Shown here one piece after another: positions 60,176 to 64,000 of a stretch of 64,000 bases of DNA. Every line of letters begins with the position of its first letter. Within the stretch, counting starts at the first letter, position 1. The notes under the pieces are model-generated. The model worked only from the letters and a program-made list of their open reading frames with translations, was not told the DNA's origin and did no database searches. The DNA comes from Victivallales bacterium (GTDB lineage Bacteria > Verrucomicrobiota > Lentisphaeria > Victivallales > GWF2-38-69). The stretch is from contig DASCNA010000095.1 of assembly GCA_036011305.1 (NCBI GenBank), positions 12,800 to 76,799 on the forward strand. The letters run 5' to 3'. A program made the translations under genes and the position numbers.

Positions 60176-60440
60176 AGCATTTAATTGTTTTGAAATTATT
60201 ATTTATCCATTTCCTTTGAAAACTCCGGCCAAGCAATGCTAGGTTCGGAGTAATAATTTGATATTAATGAATCTACACTCTGAGAGTGACATGATTATAA
60301 AAGTACCACCAATCATAAAACCCCACATACATAAGAGGGATAATAAAAATCATTATATTAACATGAAGTAATATTATCTATATTTTTAAACTGATAAAGT
60401 TCATAGCATTTATCAATATCAGTATTGGTGATTTTTTAGC

Positions 60441-60872
60441 CTAGGTTCTAGGTTTAAAATAAGGATGGAAGGTATCTACTAAGTAAAAAAATATAAATAT
60501 AACCGCAATAAAATTTAGAATTATCCATATATTTAAATCTGTTAAAATATAAAAATATGGATAATATAGAATCATATATACCAGAAAAAAAATCAGTGCA
60601 GAACAGTGATATAATTTTCTTTTTACCGTATTATTTTTGTATGTTTTTATAAAAATTTTAAATGTTATGATAAAGAGAAAGGCTAAGTTGATAAAAACAA
60701 TAAAGCATAAAACAAAAATAGGATTATCCAATTTGTGAGTGTACTCCTCAAGATAATCTTTTATGATATCTAAAGTAACCAATATATTCAGAATATCGAA
60801 TATGAAAATAATAAGTATACATATTAAAGATGATATACAAATTAAAACTTTTTCTTTTATTGGATAGAACAT
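60441..60872 (-). CDS. Hypothetical ~4-TM membrane protein (apparent paralog of 20500-20961)
   Basis: Hydrophobic ORF with YYP...WII pattern. Confidence 0.6.
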   Translation of the reverse strand: MFYPIKEKVLICISSLICILIIFIFDILNILVTLDIIKDYLEEYTHKLDNPIFVLCFIVFINLAFLFIITFKIFIKTYKNNTVKRKLYHCSALIFFLVYMILYYPYFYILTDLNIWIILNFIAVIFIFFYLVDTFHPYFKPRT

Positions 60873-61021
60873 TAGTTATTAAGTTAAACCTTAGATTTTA
60901 CATGTGATACGTTTATGTTTTGAATTGCTTTTTTTATTCATTCAATAATATTATAACTCTAAAGTAAAATTAATTGAGGATAGAACCTGAAAACTTAACT
61001 ATAAAATAGGCATATTTTATT

Positions 61022-63580
61022 TCAATAATGCTCCTTATGGTTATCAATGGGCGAATGTTTATGATAATGGCCATTAGAATGCATTCTGTTATGCAAACTG
61101 CGATGCGCTGAAGTCAGGACCATGCGCATGCGTTTGTAGACCTTGTCTTGTGCCCGTGTACCAACTGTGTCAAGATAAGCTAATGATCCCTCTATTTGCT
61201 CCAGAATCGTGACTGCGTCTGCTTTGGCAAAAAAATGTGATCCTTCGACATTAACCATAACTGCTGAGGAATGGGCTGCAATCATTTCTGATTTACCAGG
61301 ATATTGGGCGCGAACAAGTAATGCAATCCAGGAACTGCGATCAAGTTTTATTGAAAAATGCCCTTTGGCAGCGTTTTTTTCAACAGCTTTGCTTGCTCGA
61401 ATCTCACCGTTTATAATCAGATCTACTCGTGTCATGGGAATTGTGACACTGGCAATATTCCATTCAATATCAACTGTACCTCCATTAGCAGACATATTGA
61501 TTGTACTGCCTGGAAGTTTGCCGTCAGCAGTTATTTCCATAAGCGGGCCGTAGGTTACAAACGTATTGCCTTTACAGATAGATTTTTTCCAAGCATCATA
61601 TGAAAACTGTGTGTTTTCCGGAATATAGGCATATGTACGGATTGCTCCAACTGCAGTGTTTGCACTCATCTTGTCTGTACCAGCAACTGCTGCAACTTGA
61701 TAACCACAGTTCAAATATCGATACCAGTCAGATAAAGAATATGGGTCAATTCCACTGAAGTGATCACCCCAGCTTGTCATTTCAATACCGTCAACATTGC
61801 CGCTTACGATAGCAGCAGCGTTTTCCATGCGAGGATGAGGAAAATGCGGTAGAACAACAATGCCATTTTGATTTTTGCACTGCTTAGCCCATTCCGTTAG
61901 AAGCACTTCAACTGGATCGCCAATTGCAGATTCATCGGGACCACCAGTTGTCATAGGAGAAATCATATTACCTTCATATCCGATTAATGAGATATGGCCC
62001 ATGACATGCTGGCGATTTTCAGTACCGACTCGTACCAGATATTCATCACCATCATTACCATCTTCTTTTGTGCTATGAGTGGTTTTACCGTCAAAATCAC
62101 CTGCATTAGTCATTAATTCTCCCCATTGACTAGCAAGAAGATTTACGACGTTTACACCTTCTGCTGCACCTTCCAGAAGGGCAGTCTGAGGTGATAAAAA
62201 GTGTACGTGTGTGTCAGATGTGACCCAACCCTTTTTGCGCCATGGTAAAAGTTTTTCAATTTCAATTATAACCTCTGTAGTTGCAGGTGTTATATTAATC
62301 TTTTTACGTATTGGTTTTATTTCAAATCCTTTGGCAATTTCAATGTAAACTGTTCCTAAGGGAAGTTTAATTAAAGTTTCACCATCAATATAGGTGCAGC
62401 GATGGGCTCCCTGATGTACAAATTCTGGGGCATAATCTTCAAACCAGGCATCATTGGGAATACGGTGACGATCTACTGGGGACAGATACTCACATGCTGT
62501 TCCATGCGCATGCAGTTTGCATGCAACTTTAGTTTTAGTTCCTTTTAGAACGACTTTAATTCGAATATTCTGGTCGGCTGATGGCAATGGTTTGATTATA
62601 CCAGTGTTGTTCAGCATTTTTGCACTGATTTTTTTATTGCCCTGCATATGAAAACAGGCATTAGCGTGGGCTGTGTACTCTATCAGAACATTATGTTCTG
62701 ATAGATTTGGTACTTTATTATTATATGTTTTTGTCCATTCATCGTGGGGATAAACTGGTTGTGGTTGAGCCGAAATAATCTGTCCCATATCAATTTGAAC
62801 TTGTTTTAGGAGTCCCTGCTCATTAAGAGTTGGATCAAATTTTTCTCCTTCTGTTAACGTAAGAAGAGCTTTTTGGCGAGATTGCCATCTTAGAGGATTT
62901 TCTGATGTATTTCCTGCTGATAGTGCAGATAGAATAATTGCTCCTGAAACTGGTTCCAGCTCCATTCCGATAATTATTTTGTCAGGACACGGGTTTTGCC
63001 ATGCATACAGCCAATTAATCCAGGAGTCCATGTCAGGTTGCTTGGCTCTACCCTGACTGACTCCCCAAGCATGAAAAACTTGTTCATGATGGGCAGGTAA
63101 AGGATGTTGTTTTTTATGAGCCACTGCCTGTATGCAGTTTTCTCCCCATGGGCGTTGTATCATTCCTATGTGATGACGTCTGGTAATCGGGATTGTTTTA
63201 CTGTTTCCATCTGCATATTGAATAATGTAGTTAGCTGCATGTTCATTGAGTTTGCCAACTCCCTGCATTGGTGAAATAAATCCATATTTATTATTTTCAA
63301 TAGGACGAATATCTGATGTATGTAAAAAGACAAGCCATTTTGATTTGAATGGATTGAGTTTAATGGAAACAGGTTCGTTCTTTAAGTAAACTGCCTTGTT
63401 GATTGTAAACGGGATACCCCATGATACACATTCACCATGCGGTGCATTTTTAAGATTTTCTTTTAGTAGTTTTGAAACAGGCTTTTTTCCCAAACTTACA
63501 AAGCTTGTATTACCAGATAAAGGGACAGGTGTGAATTGTTCAGTACTAGGTCCGTCTTTGATCATTGTCATAAAATCCAT
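61022..63580 (-). CDS. CehA/McbA-family (PHP-like) metallohydrolase, carbamate hydrolase-like
   Basis: SDTHVHF, GAAEGVNVVNLLASQWGEL, ENRQHVMGH, PHFP, WYRYLNCG, AGTDKM, TFVTYGP. Confidence 0.82.
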   Translation of the reverse strand: MDFMTMIKDGPSTEQFTPVPLSGNTSFVSLGKKPVSKLLKENLKNAPHGECVSWGIPFTINKAVYLKNEPVSIKLNPFKSKWLVFLHTSDIRPIENNKYGFISPMQGVGKLNEHAANYIIQYADGNSKTIPITRRHHIGMIQRPWGENCIQAVAHKKQHPLPAHHEQVFHAWGVSQGRAKQPDMDSWINWLYAWQNPCPDKIIIGMELEPVSGAIILSALSAGNTSENPLRWQSRQKALLTLTEGEKFDPTLNEQGLLKQVQIDMGQIISAQPQPVYPHDEWTKTYNNKVPNLSEHNVLIEYTAHANACFHMQGNKKISAKMLNNTGIIKPLPSADQNIRIKVVLKGTKTKVACKLHAHGTACEYLSPVDRHRIPNDAWFEDYAPEFVHQGAHRCTYIDGETLIKLPLGTVYIEIAKGFEIKPIRKKINITPATTEVIIEIEKLLPWRKKGWVTSDTHVHFLSPQTALLEGAAEGVNVVNLLASQWGELMTNAGDFDGKTTHSTKEDGNDGDEYLVRVGTENRQHVMGHISLIGYEGNMISPMTTGGPDESAIGDPVEVLLTEWAKQCKNQNGIVVLPHFPHPRMENAAAIVSGNVDGIEMTSWGDHFSGIDPYSLSDWYRYLNCGYQVAAVAGTDKMSANTAVGAIRTYAYIPENTQFSYDAWKKSICKGNTFVTYGPLMEITADGKLPGSTINMSANGGTVDIEWNIASVTIPMTRVDLIINGEIRASKAVEKNAAKGHFSIKLDRSSWIALLVRAQYPGKSEMIAAHSSAVMVNVEGSHFFAKADAVTILEQIEGSLAYLDTVGTRAQDKVYKRMRMVLTSAHRSLHNRMHSNGHYHKHSPIDNHKEHY

Positions 63581-63705
63581 CCTATAATTTTATATGGAAT
63601 AACACTGGAATTTACCAACCCTCGATTAGTCGGTCCGATGGAATGATTCTATATGTGTTCTCATAATTTTCTCCATTAGTGAACTTTATAACCATCTTTT
63701 CAATA

Positions 63706-64000
63706 TTACATATGAATTAATTTATATTTCGTTGAACCAAGTCCTACTTTTTCAGCATATTCAAATTGTTTAAACCCTCTGAATTTTTTACCTTTCTGTT
63801 TAACCAAATCATAGCAGGCTTTATCTATCGCAACAGGATCGGTTGAGATAAATATCCCGATATCCTCTATTAAAGGTTTCATTTTTTTAGGTTCACAATC
63901 GCAACCCCTTGTGATATTTTGAGCAAAATTAATATAGATGTTATTTTTATCTTTTTGTGCAGCATAAGCATATTCAATTAATTTTTCTCTGAATGGGTTG
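63706..64000 (-). CDS. DUF362 Fe-S protein, C-terminal part (runs off the window's right edge)
   Basis: Hand translation: EKLIEYA...NITRGCDC...DIGIFISTDPVAIDKACYDL...YAEKVGLGSTKYKLI*. Confidence 0.82.
   Translation of the reverse strand, partial: NPFREKLIEYAYAAQKDKNNIYINFAQNITRGCDCEPKKMKPLIEDIGIFISTDPVAIDKACYDLVKQKGKKFRGFKQFEYAEKVGLGSTKYKLIHM

Noticed and set aside
1-64000. CRISPR array, tRNA, rRNA, prophage or integron integrase
   Set aside because: No regularly spaced repeats, cloverleafs, rRNA-like GC-rich tracts or phage/integrase motifs were seen by eye

Overview
AT-rich bacterial chromosomal segment, probably from an anaerobe. The gene repertoire (fused SecDF, GH13+GDE_C debranching fusion, XRE-multi-PAS regulator, GGGtGRT pair) suggests PVC/Lentisphaerae, but this is inference only. 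The left part holds glycogen and glycolysis genes (partial glgP, a bifunctional debranching enzyme, pgi, pyk, pfk), an IS200 scar, an HD-GYP gene preceded by a broken GGDEF gene, and the uncharacterised NifU-like/GGGtGRT pair. The middle holds housekeeping genes (nadE, gntK, nagD, secDF-yajC, rpsA, an EF-G paralog, rfbC, panBCD) and a Cache-HAMP-PP2C gene split by a single TAG. An XRE-4xPAS regulator lies divergent from a two-gene biotin carboxyl-transfer operon that may be a compact transcarboxylase. The right part holds a sugar uptake/deacetylase cluster and an accessory tract: SGNH, a TAT-less reductive-dehalogenase-like protein, GNAT, methyltransferases, a nitrilase-family hydrolase, a CehA/McbA-like hydrolase and a partial DUF362 gene. 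No tRNA, rRNA, CRISPR array or intact mobile element was seen. Best leads: the transcarboxylase-like operon with tandem operators, the NifU/GGGtGRT pair, a switchable structured RNA between pfk and nadE, an orphan 4-TM paralog family, and several single-stop lesions. All calls come from motif recognition by eye; no searches were run.
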